Assembly (NCBI GenBank): GCA_010405405.1
Contig: MU004240.1
Location: 1,498,814-1,562,813, forward strand
Direction: 5' to 3'
Length of the DNA: 64,000 nucleotides
Source: Microthyrium microscopicum
Taxonomy: Eukaryota
Positions 12,530 through 24,347 of the stretch are shown here, piece after piece (the stretch's first letter is position 1; each line of letters starts with the position of its first letter). The notes under the pieces were generated by a model. That model ran no database searches. It saw only the letters and a list, made by a program, of their open reading frames with translations, and had not been told where the DNA came from. Position numbers and translations under genes: made by a program.

Positions 12530-13455
12530 GGTGGATATGTGAACGAGTGAATACCATGCAAGGAACCAACCAGGGCAATAAGGTTCGTGTTATCGAGAAG
12601 TTAGGAGAATTCGATAGGGACCAAGCACCCTATATCCCACTTTGACTGGACAGGAACAGGATCTGAAGCAATATATGAGAAGTAGATGGATGATGGAGTG
12701 GTAGCGGCCCGCCAGAATCCCAAATTGTGCAGCATGCCTTGTAGTACGAAATAGCAACAGCTATCCGCGTCTTAGATGGGACGACCCCCAAACATGCATT
12801 TTACCTTCCTTGAGCTACCGAATGAGGAAAGGTCTTGCCATATGGTTATACATAGCGGTGATTACAACAGGGCATGCTCCTGACGTGTGGCCACCGGAAC
12901 CCTGCGAATAATATATTTGGCCTAAAAACAAGAGGTTATATATTGCACTTGTATGGTCCCTCCGCAAGGCACGGTCGGGTAATACAATGAACGCTATAGA
13001 TTGGTGCACCGTGTGCCTACTAGCGATGAATAGTTTGCCGCGTACATCGTTGCTAGTTATCGTTCTTGCTAATGAATAATGATGGTCATGGAGCAGTGGA
13101 GCGACAGGACATTTCGACAACAAGGCTGGACGAAGACTGGAAGTATGAACCTTAGATCCACAGCAAGAAGCTTTCGCGGATAAGGACTGAAAGAAGTCAC
13201 CAGCTGTGAAGGCTGAATGAAATATTGGCATGTCGTTGATGTAAGAAGACAGGGGCTGAGGAACTTACGAGCAAGGGGCTGAGCAACCTGATCAAAGCGT
13301 GGCCTATCCTCGTTCAAGGATTAGGGACTTTGTAAGACACAATTTCTGTCAGACGAACAACTTCATACGTTCTATCAAAATCATCGATATACGAGCCTGG
13401 AAAGTTGTGACGGTATCGGAGGACTTTATTCTGAAGTCTGAAAGCCACAGCCAAC

Positions 13456-14009
13456 ATGGAGCGACGAATGGTTCGGCTACCTCCTGTGGTCTACAGAACC
13501 GTGCTAATCTGCAATAGCTGGCCAAAGATGAGGAGGTCTCTACAGAAGATGTAGAGGTGAGAAGAGAAGACCAAGAGAAAATCAACAAATTCAGCAGTCT
13601 TCATCAACGGGAGGCAGCTATGGAAGCAGATCTCAAACAGAAGCAGGCAAGTCTGCGGCGGCCAACTAACTCAAGAAGCTTACATTTTTATCAGAAGGAC
13701 AAAGAGGATCTTGAAGAGATATCGTCAGAACTTGAACTGGCTGATGAGGACGAGAAAATTCCGTACGTGTCATTCAGGCTATTTTCGATACTGAAGTGGA
13801 TCTAATGACCCAGCAGATACAAAATTGGCGACTCATTCTTTTCATTACCAGTTGAACAAGTTCAGGACCTGCTCACCAAATCATCAGAACAGATTGAACA
13901 GGAGGTAGAAAAGCTCGAGAGCAAGTTGAGTGGTCTTCGTGACGAAATGCAGGAGCTTAAAGTCGCCTTGTACTCGAGATTTGGACGCAGTATCAACCTG
14001 GAAGTGTAA
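13456..14009 (+). CDS. GIM3: Prefoldin subunit 4
   Basis: MERRM|LAKDEE..EVRREDQEKINKFSSLHQRE..KEDLEEISSELELADEDEKIP|YKIGDSFF..LKVALYSRFGRSINLEV*. Three introns, the second GC-AG. Confidence 0.93.
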
Positions 14010-14448
14010 ATCCGATATCGTCAAGCTATCGCTCCGATAGTGGGATTTCTATCACCAATTTCCAGGCTATCAATCTCATCAAATCCCAACAAATTGACAC
14101 CATTGGAAATACGTAAATGCGCAACTGACTACTGCAGCTAAACTTTCTACTTCCGTGGCTTTTTCCCCTGACATTATTCTTGTCCCTGGCGCGTAAACGG
14201 TTGGATTGTCATTGACCTTTACCTCTATGAGCATTGGTTGCCGATACCCGATCGTGGATTTATGCAGCTCAGTGCCGACCGAACCGTTATTTCCGACTTA
14301 TTTGCAGTCAATTGCGGGCGAATAGTGATGAGTTCAACATACCCATGCTAGTGTTCGACTTTACATACTTTCCTCAACCTCTGATGATGTTTTCTTGGCC
14401 TTTCGCCTTTCCTCAACTTCACTTGGTCCATTGATCGCATACTCAAAC

Positions 14449-16160
14449 ATGGACTCTGTCAACGCTTCCGTCTATGAATCTCCCGAAAGGCCAAGGAGCT
14501 TAGAGAGTAAGTTTTTGGCTAGACTTGCACTTGAAATTAGTCTAATCTGATGGCTATAGGCATAAATCGACCGATGATGGAAGAATCAGAACTCCCAGAA
14601 AAGGGTATTCTATCGGATCGAGACGACTCATGTCCATCCTCACCCTCCTCCATTGTCCCCAATCTCACGCGTCTGGACTCGGAGGCCCATGTAGTAGCAT
14701 TCACAGCAGATGACAAGGACCATCCTTTTAATTGGCCTGTATGGAAAAAGCTCTATGTCATGAATGTCATCATTGTTACTGTCATGAACTCCACCATGGG
14801 ATCATCGCTGGCTTCAAATATCGGAACTTATATTGCTAAAGAATGGAATATAACGAACGAGAATCTACTGATTCTTCCTACGTCAATGTACCTTGTTGGC
14901 TATGTCCTGGGTCCTCTTCTTTGGGGACCACTGTCGGAAACATATGGACGGAAGCCGATCACCTTGGGAGCGTTCTGGATGTTCTTACTGTTCATGATGG
15001 CATCAGCACTTGCACCCAACTTTGCGGCTCTCGTGATATTCCGCTTGTTATGCGGTATTGGCGCCGCCTGTGCAATCACAGTGTCAGGAGGAATATGTGC
15101 AGATCTATTCCAGGGTCATCAAGCTCGAGGTCGTGCAATGGCATTCTTCATGGGAGTGACAACGTTCGGACCAACGATCGGCCCTGTGGTGTCAGGTTAT
15201 ATTTCCCCCATATCATGGCGATGGAGCTTTTGGGTCGGCTTAATATTTGCTGGGGTCACTGCTGCGCTCCTCTTCACAATTTCAGAATCATACGTACCCA
15301 TTATTTTGAAGCAACGAGCCAAACGACTTCGGAAAGAGACTGGCAATCCTGCCTGGAGGGCTCCGATGGAACTAGAAGAGCAAAACATCAGCCACATCAT
15401 CACCGTAGTCCTCACACGGCCAGTTCGCATGTTCTGCACTGAAGCCATCATTTTCTTCAGCTGCATCTACCTCTCATTCGCATATGCCATCTTCTACATG
15501 TTCTTCCAGGCTTTTCCCATCATCTATCAAGGTGTGTATGGATTCAACGCCGGCGAAGAAGGCCTCGCCTTCCTACCCATCGGCATAGGAGCTTGCCTCG
15601 CTTGCGTCATCTACATCATTTACGATGGAATTCTACGACGCGCGCAAGCGCAGAACAAAGCATGGGTGCGGAAAGAAGAAAGTCGACGCTTACCATTAGC
15701 ATGCTTCGGAGGACCATTTATTGTAGTTGCCGCATTCTGGATTGGTTGGACCGCGAGAGCAGATATCCACTGGATATGTCCAGTCATCGCTGGTATACCA
15801 TTCGGCATCGGATTCCTATTACTCTTCATGTCCCTACTCAACTACATCGTGGACGCATATAAGCTGTTTGCAGCTAGCGCGATGGCAGCGGCTGGTACAT
15901 GTCGCAGTATATGGGGCTGCGTGTTGCCGTTTGCGGCAAAGTCGCTCTACGATACTTTGGGAATAGCTTGGGCGTGCTCGTTGATTGGATTCCTTGCACT
16001 ATTACTAGCGTTTATACCCTTTGTGTTTTACTGGAAGGGCGAGAGCTTGCGAGCACGTAGCAAGTTCTGCCAGTATCTGGTGAATAAGGAGAGAGAGGAA
16101 GAGGAAAAGCAACGGGGTAAAGCGGAGAGAAGGGCGCTGCGAGAAGCACAAACGGCATAG
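14449..16160 (+). CDS. MFS multidrug transporter, DHA1 family
   Basis: About 12 hydrophobic segments; motifs PFNWPVWKK, GPLLWGPLSETYGRKP, GPTIGPVVSG, WRWSFW and YIVDAY. Short first exon from ATG 14449, then a GTAAGT..TAG intron. Confidence 0.92.
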
Positions 16161-17502
16161 GCAAATCAGTCATTCAAATGATTTGTTTGATACTGGACTA
16201 ATTGATGAGTAATGACTCATGAGACTGCATAATATCCGCTAGCATGGGGCGAAAAAGCCGCGATACTTCACGCGACTTTTTATACACAAACAACAATTTA
16301 CTGTTATCTCGTGCAACAACAGAATACACATTGAGTGCTTGTCCTATGGCCCATCTCGTGCAAATCACTCTACTCATGGCGAGTAGTTGGACGATGTAGA
16401 GGCCATTCACTCGACTGATGCTCATTACGCCAACCAATCTTTTAATCACCAAACAGGAAGCATTTCAATATCAACCTGGATTGCTAAGCTTTAACTACGA
16501 CAGCCAATTCTATAAGCTGAAAGCTTGATCAAGTCGGGTTCTTGGTACACATATTCAAAGTCTTGGTATGCAGCCAAATCACCATCTTCGTCCAATTAGT
16601 TGATGCCTCTCAAATCCTCCTCATGCAGCTCGCCAAATACTCCCAATCTTGTCAGATTGAGATCCCGTCCAGGGTCCAGAAATGAACAGTATCTACCTTT
16701 CGCATATCTGCGTTATGCATGTTTCCAGCTCGGCAAAATGTAGCAAGTAGAGGATCTAGATCTCGCTTGCAAGGGAAATGATCTCTATACCGTCCGTCTG
16801 CACTTTTATGCAGTGGGATTTCCTCTCCCTGCAACTTGGGGTCTTGTGTAAAACTAAAGCTTGAGTTTTGCTCAGAGATGGTCTGTATTTTTGGTTTTGT
16901 TCCTACAATTCATCAAGTCTTTTAATGAAGTTTCTCTTGAAGCCAAAGCTTCTTGTCTCGATGACAAAATCACCGACTGAAGCAGTACTTCAAAGTTTGC
17001 TCACCGTCGGATCAGATATCCATAATGGCCTCGCTCTCTTATCTTACACCTTCACTCTATCACTACTCATTGGTCATCCCACCAAAGGATCGAAGAGGCG
17101 TCGTTCATACCATCTGGGTCCCTGTCGATCCTCAGGTTGTTCAACCCGATGAATGCTTCATACTGCACGCCAAGGAAGCACTAACTGGTTCCATGCTGTT
17201 GGTTGTAAGGCTCGTAAGGCTGAGCCGTCTCTGATTATACAAAGTTGCTATGATTGGAGAACCTGTCCCGCTTCTACGTTGCCTAGACCGTCGGAGTGAT
17301 CAGAACGAGCAGTTCTTCCGTCTGATGAGTTGTCGCCTGCATTTCCATGCAGAAGGGGAGTGATTCGGCTCGAGATCATACGTTGACTGCAAGTCGAACA
17401 GGTAAGGTAATTCCTTCTCAGCTCAGTTTCTGCAAAATCAATATAAGATGGCATATGATGCGAGAAGGAGCTCGCTGATTTTGTGATAACTTCCTGCCCA
17501 AA

Positions 17503-19031
17503 ATGTATTCTTCACTTCTGAAAATTGCCTCTGCTTCAGTTCTCATACTATCACCCACAGTGTGGGCGGCTTCTGGTGCTTGTACAAGTGTCATTTATGC
17601 TATATTTCTTCCATTATCAAATGTTCCAGCTGCAGAGAGCTTCTGCTCATCAAAGTTTCCTGTGGCTCCATTTACAACCACTGTAACAGCCTCGGCTGTA
17701 AGTTTATCTTGAGACGATCTCCCGCTCAATGTTAACTCCAGAGCTGTTTCTGGGAGAGCCGGCTAATCAGTAGCATCAGGTCGTTTCGACTAAGACTGTT
17801 GGAACTGCTGCGGCTTTGACCACTGTTACAACAGTACCTTCGACGAAAACGTTATCGACCATAACGATAATAGCGTCGACGCACACATATACTTCAGTGA
17901 TCTCTGTTGTAAGTTAGTCTCTACACGACGGTAATGTATATGGGTTGCAGCCCAACTCCCACATGCGACCTGTTTATATTCTTGTCTATATGTACTCGTT
18001 GGCTGACATTCCGTAGCAAACCCTGACAACAACGATCGCGACCGTGACAGTCCCAGCGGCTAAGCGAAAGGTCAAACGTTCGACATCCAAGACTTCAACT
18101 TCAACTACAACTTCAAAGTCGACTACAACAGCGAAGACTACCTCAACCACATCGAAGACCACCTCAACCACATCGAGTACATCCAAATCTACTACCACGA
18201 GCTCCTCCGGCAATGCTCTACTATCGAGTCTTGAGTCTCAGGCCGCGGCATACGTCAGCACTCTTTGCTCTTGCATCGAAGCACCAGCCAAGACGGTCAC
18301 AGCTACCTCTACACCGACTGTAATCAGCTCAGTCACTGTAACAAATGCTCAATCCGTCACTGCTACGTCAGAGGTCGATGTAACGGCGACGACCACAGTT
18401 CCAGGGACATCAAGTGCGGAAACTGACATCACTTCGACAAGTATTTTGTTTGTGACTGTGACGTCTACGACAACACCGAGTACTTCGTCGACTTCTACTT
18501 CAACTACGTCTTCAGGTAAGCTGTCCGGTGTGCCTGGAGCAAACATTCCAAGACCCTCTTTACAGAAATATATGTAAAGATGTAATCAGTAGGACTAACC
18601 AGAATATAGCACCAGCAGCAACTCCACCTTGTCAGGGTAAAAATGTCGGAGACCAATGCGGCAGCGTATGTCAATGTAAGTACTACCCACCGATTTTCAT
18701 ACGTATACCAGCGTGAGGTTCGCAAGACCAGAACCCCTTTCAGTCCTGCGTCTTACGAGGCCAGTTGGCAGCCTTTAGCCAAGTGACTGGTGACGACAAG
18801 GTTCCTCCCGCATCACCTATCTGAGCTTCATACTCACTACTCTCTATAGGCGCCCCCCATGTCTCAGGCGGCCAAGATCAAAGCAACTTGGGTTGCGCCG
18901 ACATTATCTTTGAATTCGATACCTGTGACAACGATAGCGATTGCGCCATCTTCGGTGCTGGCAGCCTCTGCCTTGATGGCCCAATCTTTGGTGCTTCGTG
19001 TTTTCCTGTTGATTTCCAATGTACCTCTTAG
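17503..19031 (+). CDS. Secreted Ser/Thr-rich protein with Cys-rich terminal domains (cell-surface protein candidate)
   Basis: Signal peptide MYSSLLKIASASVLILSPTVWA. Five exons joined by canonical introns. Long S/T tracts, ESFCSS and STLCSCI motifs, dibasic KR sites, and a C-terminal domain of about 75 aa with 10 Cys ending FQCTS* (TAG 19029..19031). Confidence 0.8.
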
Positions 19032-19623
19032 AATGCAGGTAGTGCCTACATATTGTCAAGGGAAGAGGTCTGATGATTGAGTTTGAGTTTCTTTGCAAGT
19101 TGGCAAACAGCTTAGCTATGGTATGAGGCTGAATACTTGACGTGACTCGGGATTATTTGGACGAATTACAAGCAGGAGCTTGGTAACGAAAGTGGATTGG
19201 TAGAGCAGACGTGTAGAGTTCACATCAGCGATAAGTAGTTGAATAGACCGCAGTTATAATGAGATATGTCATATGTTAAAAACAGATGGATTCTCGATAT
19301 TAAAATGCAATGTAATGGACACCGTTATCTGGACAGATTTCTCAGTGCCAAGTGATGACTCCACGACCAAGAAGGAGACAGCATCCTTCCAATGTCGGAT
19401 GAATGTCACGTACGACATCTAAAATCAACGTGATCCCGTGGATGAGTAGCCCAAGCTAAAATCTCACGATAGCATTGTTGAACCAACGGACTACCAACAA
19501 ACAGGCAGCCAAGCCAGCTAAGGTAGCGTGAGATCCCAGAGACATAAAACTTCATTCAGCTAGAATAAGCGTTTTGATGATTGACAAACGTAGCAGTACC
19601 AATATAAAGTACTACAGGTAGTA

Positions 19624-19788
19624 CCGAAAACTTCTGTTGAAAAGTGACAAGCTAGCGTGCCTATTTGGGTCGCGGCGCCACTAAATTTAGCGGGCGTCCT
19701 TCGAGTTAGTGATTGGTTGTCCCTAAAAAAATCAAGATCTGACCCAAATAGGCACGCTAGCTTGTCACTTTTCAACAGAAGTTTTCGG
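19624..19788. mobile_element. MITE, Tc1/mariner-type, 165 bp
   Basis: Perfect 48-bp inverted repeats at 19624..19671 and 19741..19788 (CCGAAAACTTCTGTTGAAAAGTGACAAGCTAGCGTGCCTATTTGGGTC), a 69-bp non-coding spacer, and TA on both sides (19622-23, 19789-90). Confidence 0.85.
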
Positions 19789-19818
19789 TAGCTTGAGATG
19801 GAAATGCTTGGGTGAAGT

Positions 19819-20020
19819 TGAGTCAAAGGCAAAAGGCAAAAATTGCGGGGAAAGAGACCAACCCACCGAAATCGGCACTTGACCAAATTGGATGCAGGCA
19901 CCGCGGGCCAGCCAAAGCAATTTTTTTACTTTTGCATTCTGCCCCATTGACTCACAACACTCACGCCCTCATACAACACACGCCTTTTAGTATTATTCAC
20001 AGATCAATACATTGACTCAT
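19819..20020 (+). promoter_or_regulatory. ILV2 promoter: three Gcn4/CpcA-type sites and one Leu3/LeuB-type site
   Basis: TGAGTCA at 19819, TGACTCA at 19948 and 20013, and CCG-N4-CGG (CCGAAATCGG) at 19866..19875. All lie within about 310 bp of the ATG of a branched-chain amino acid gene. Confidence 0.7.
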
Positions 20021-20126
20021 CTGCTCCTAGTCGTCACTTTCTCTACTCTTCTTGCCTATGGGCCCAGCGCCCCAGTTTTCTTCCACATAACAATTTCATA
20101 CAACCCACACGACCACAACAACAACT

Positions 20127-22313
20127 ATGCTCACAGGCACAGGAAGGCGAAGCGCACTGCGCGCCGCCCAATCCGCTCGCCACTTTTCTAATACCACCCA
20201 GAATGCCTCCAAAGCTCCTGCCAGATCAGCTATACAAGCTGTCACATCAAAGACTACTACCGAAGTCTCGCGACGACCTCAAAGTACCGTCGCCACTTCC
20301 ACCGCAACCACAGACCGGCCCATCCCAAGTCCCGCTTTCAATAGGAACGACTCAAGACAAAATGAAATACAACCACTCAGGACTAGACAAACCCAACTGG
20401 ATCATTCTTTTGTAGGCATGACAGGAGGCCAGATCTTCCACGAGATGATGTTAAGACATGGTGTGAAGCACATTTGTGAGTCCGATTGCGTTCTGCTCTT
20501 GATGCAACTGCTAACGAGAATCAAGTTGGATACCCTGGTGGTGCTATTCTGCCCGTTTACGATGCCATTTTCAATTCCCCACATTTCGATTTTATTTTAC
20601 CGCGACATGAACAAGGAGCTGGCCATATGGCCGAAGGATATGCTCGAGCAAGTGGAAAGCCTGGTGTTGTTCTTGTCACATCCGGGCCTGGCGCCACCAA
20701 TGTTGTAACTCCCATTATGGATGCGCTCATGGATGGTACACCACTTGTGGTGTTCACTGGCCAGGTTGTAACTAATGCTATCGGCTCTGATGCTTTCCAG
20801 GAAGCAGATGTGGTTGGTATTACCCGGGCGTGCACCAAATGGAATGTCATGGTCAAGAATATCGCCGAACTTCCTCGTCGAATAAACGAGGCATTCGAAA
20901 TTGCTACCAGTGGTCGACCTGGTCCAGTTGTGGTAGACCTACCCAAGGATGTTACTGCTGGAACTCTTACAAAGGCTATTCCCTTCATTGGAGAAATACC
21001 AGCAAATCCTAGCGCGGCTACCCTGGTTGCTCGTGAGATGAGCCAAAAGCATCTACAAGACTCGATAAAGCGAACGGCCAATCTCCTCAATATTGCAAAA
21101 AAGCCAGTCATATACGCTGGACAGGGCGTTCTCTCTTCACCAGAGGGACCTAGGCTGCTAAAGGAGCTCTCAGATCTAGCGTGTATACCCGTAACGACAA
21201 CTCTCCAAGGACTTGGAGCCTATGACGAGCTGGATGACAAGGCACTTCACATGCTAGGAATGCATGGATCTTGCTTTGCCAACATGTCAATGCAGGAAGC
21301 TGATCTTATCATTGCCCTGGGAGCTCGTTTCGATGACCGTATTACGGGAGCCATCGCAAAGTTCGCCCCTGAGGCAAAGGCAGCCGCACTGGAAGGACGA
21401 GGTGGCATTGTACATTTCGAAATCATGCCCAAAAATATCAACAAGGTTGTTCAAGCAACAGAAGCCGTGGAGGGAGATGTTGTTACCAATCTTGCCCATC
21501 TCATCCCACATGTCAAGCCTGTAGCTGAGCGACCTGAATGGTTCGCACAGATCAACGACTGGAAAGCCCGGTTCCCATGGGCATATGAGAAAGAGACCCC
21601 AGGAGGAAAAATCAAGCCACAAACCATCATGACGACTTTGTCAGATATGGTTGAGCCACAAAAGGAGAACGTTGTCATCACAACCGGTGTAGGCCAACAT
21701 CAAATGTGGGCTGCTCAACATTACCGATGGCGTTATCCCCGGACCATGATCACTTCTGGGGGTGCTGGCACAATGGGCTACGGTCTACCAGCAGCTATTG
21801 GTGCAAAGGTTGCGCGACCCGAGGCCATCGTTATCGATATTGATGGTGACGCTTCATTCTGTATGACCCTTACAGAACTGTCAACCGCTGCCGAGTTCAA
21901 CATTGGCATTAAAGTAATCGTACTCAACAACGAAGAGCAAGGCATGGTCACCCAGTGGCAGAGTCTGTTCTATGATGATCGATTTTCACATACGCATCAA
22001 AAGAACCCAGACTTTGTCAAGCTAGCTGATGCTATGGGTGTCAAGGCCGATCGTGTATCGGAGCCGGAGAAGTTAAAGGAGAAGTTACAATGGCTGCTTG
22101 ATCAAGAGGGGCCATGCCTACTGGAGATTGTAACAGATCAGAAGATCCCAGTGCTGCCCATGGTGCCAGGTGGCAGCTCTCTGTCCGAGTTTATCATGTA
22201 TGATGAAGGTAAGCTTGAGATATTCCGATGCTTTCTTAGTGAAACCGTACTAACATGCTATAGTGAAAGAAAAGGCTCGCCGAGCTCAAACAAGAGAACG
22301 TTCAGGCCGGTAA
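20127..22313 (+). CDS. ILV2: Acetolactate synthase catalytic subunit, mitochondrial
   Basis: R/S/T/A-rich presequence; GYPGGAILP, RHEQGAGHMAEGYAR, TSGPGATN, ARFDDR, GVGQHQMW, GDASF..NNEEQGMVTQWQ. Two introns; last exon ends ERSGR* at 22313. Confidence 0.97.
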
Positions 22314-22729
22314 TTTGGTTCATAGAAGGTGATTATGTGTTTGGCATGCTTTCGTATATTACAAAAGTAATGGCTATACCGATGTTCGATATGAATCCAA
22401 GTAATTGGCGCAATTCGCTCATATTTGCTGGACAACTTGAACAAGGATAGCATTTCAATGGTTGTTATTAGCTACCACAGTCCTCAGATCTGCATAGTTC
22501 TGAGTAGAGTCGAAGAACATCGGTCTCTTGTACCAAGTATGATAAACAGCATTATGATTTTACACTAAAGATTTCAATGCCGCTGTATGAATCGCTCAAT
22601 GCTTCTACCCATGATATCCAACGCCTTTGAGAGCAAACGCTATAGTGATCCTCGCAGCCCATGCATGTTACTCGCTGTGTATGTTATGCCTTCCAAAGCC
22701 CAAAACGCCGTATAATCCAAAGATGTCGC

Positions 22730-23674
22730 TCAACAACATCGTCCACTCTTGCTTCTCCCCTCAACCTCTGTCTCTGCCTCAGCCGGCGCAGCAGGAAATT
22801 GCGGCAACCCATACCAACTCCTTCTCTTATCATGCATTCCAATCCGAAAACTCCCACCCGTCGCGGGTCCATACACAGGCCCACCCATATCAGAACCTCC
22901 ATGCTCTCCACCACTCGCCACATCACTCATCCCACTCTCCTCCGCCAGTCTAGCCTCCAATCCCGCCCTCGCACTCCTCTGCTCCACCAACCGTCTCGTA
23001 ATCACCCGAAACACCTCCTCCACGCCCTCGCCCGTCGACGCACTAACCTCATGACAGCTATCCCAGCCCACATCGAGTCCCCAAAACCCCATACTCGACC
23101 GATTACTCGCCGGACTCGCCAATGGTTCCGCCGGACTCTTCGCTGGCCCTAGCAACCCACCACTCCGCGCACTCCCTGGTGTAGGCAGTAATAACGGCGT
23201 CACGGCAGAGCTAGGCGGATATAAATGCTGCGCCGCAAACGCAACTACACTCTCAAAACTAACCGCCCTACACCCTGGATCCACCGCCACCAAATCACTC
23301 TTTGTGCCGACAATATGTAACACCGTATCACTCGGTAGACTCGCTTGCAATTCCGTCAACCAATGCGCCATCTCCTGAAAAGACTGCGGATTCGTAATAT
23401 CATAACACAATAACGCTGCGTTTGCGCCGCGATAGTAGAGTTTGCTGATGGACCGGAATCGTTCTTGCCCGGCCGTGTCCCATATTTGCAGGCGCACGGT
23501 TGTGCCGGAGTCAATGTCGACGACGCGTTTGGTTAGGAAGGAGGCGCCGATTGTGGAGGGGATGGAGGGCGAGGGGACGAAGTGGGTGTGGCAGAAGCGG
23601 TGGACGAGGGAGGTTTTGCCTACTCCTTGGCCGCCGAGGACGACGATTTTGGCTTCGATTGAGGGAGTTGCCAT
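22730..23674 (-). CDS. Rab family GTPase, Rab5-related group, with long insert and tail
   Basis: GGQGVGKT P-loop, TIGASF effector loop, WDTAGQERF, YYRGA, G4 variant TKSD, EVSA, and a terminal CC prenylation motif. Confidence 0.9.
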   Translation of the reverse strand: MATPSIEAKIVVLGGQGVGKTSLVHRFCHTHFVPSPSIPSTIGASFLTKRVVDIDSGTTVRLQIWDTAGQERFRSISKLYYRGANAALLCYDITNPQSFQEMAHWLTELQASLPSDTVLHIVGTKSDLVAVDPGCRAVSFESVVAFAAQHLYPPSSAVTPLLLPTPGSARSGGLLGPAKSPAEPLASPASNRSSMGFWGLDVGWDSCHEVSASTGEGVEEVFRVITRRLVEQRSARAGLEARLAEESGMSDVASGGEHGGSDMGGPVYGPATGGSFRIGMHDKRRSWYGLPQFPAAPAEAETEVEGRSKSGRCC

Positions 23675-24347
23675 GTCGCTGAAGGAGGGAGGGTGGATAA
23701 AGGAGGGTGGCCTGATTTGTGTTTACAGGTGGTGCATGCTGCTGGTTCTGTTTGACGAGGTGTAATGACGTCGATTTGATGAGGAGGGAATGTTACTTCA
23801 GGAGTGAAGATATTTTGATGCTTATCAGGAGTGTTTTCAGAGCTAGGCGGAGGTTTAAAAGAGCGTGGGATGGACTGTATGTAAGTTGGAGGAGGAGGGT
23901 GTGGTGCTCGGCTGTTGTTGTTGAAGGATCAAGCATCAGCATCACTCTGCATCAGCCTCGCTTCTAATCCTCAAGGTTTATACCCCACAACAAGCAATAT
24001 ATTTCCAGCAAATCCATCAATGAACCATTACTGGTTCGCTAATCTCGGAATCTTTGGTAAGTTCCCGGTTTTATTATCTGGGCAGTCCTGGGAAGCTGGG
24101 AAAGATCCATAATTTCCCCAGATCAACCTGTGAACCTCTCCTTTGTTGCGTTTGCTCATCATCGCGAATCTGTGACACCTGCGAATCAAGTCCTTTCGAT
24201 CAAATGTCATCATTTGCCATAAGAATTTATTATTGGAATTCACTAACTGCAAACAGCACCTTTTTTTCAATACTCGGATCGTTTTCAGGCAACTTCTGAA
24301 CCGTAATTGATGCTGTCGACCATGATGGCCGTCAGCCCTGAGCAAGC

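Noticed and set aside
16480..17460. Protein-like fragments on the minus strand between the MFS gene and the secreted protein
   Set aside because: Short, interrupted by stops, with no recognisable motif or consistent splice model. Could be a decayed gene but cannot be supported.
3028..22313. Possible secondary-metabolite cluster (FAD oxidase, AKR, MFS) with ILV2 as a self-resistance gene
   Set aside because: No PKS, NRPS, terpene cyclase or cluster transcription factor in the window. The genes are interleaved with prefoldin and GH92, and ILV2 has a normal presequence and amino-acid-control promoter.
24028..24345. ORF just downstream of the Hsp70 partner, possibly extra 3' exons
   Set aside because: Splice-like signals exist (GTAAGC at the stop, GTTAGT later), but I could not build a phase-consistent model with normal intron sizes.
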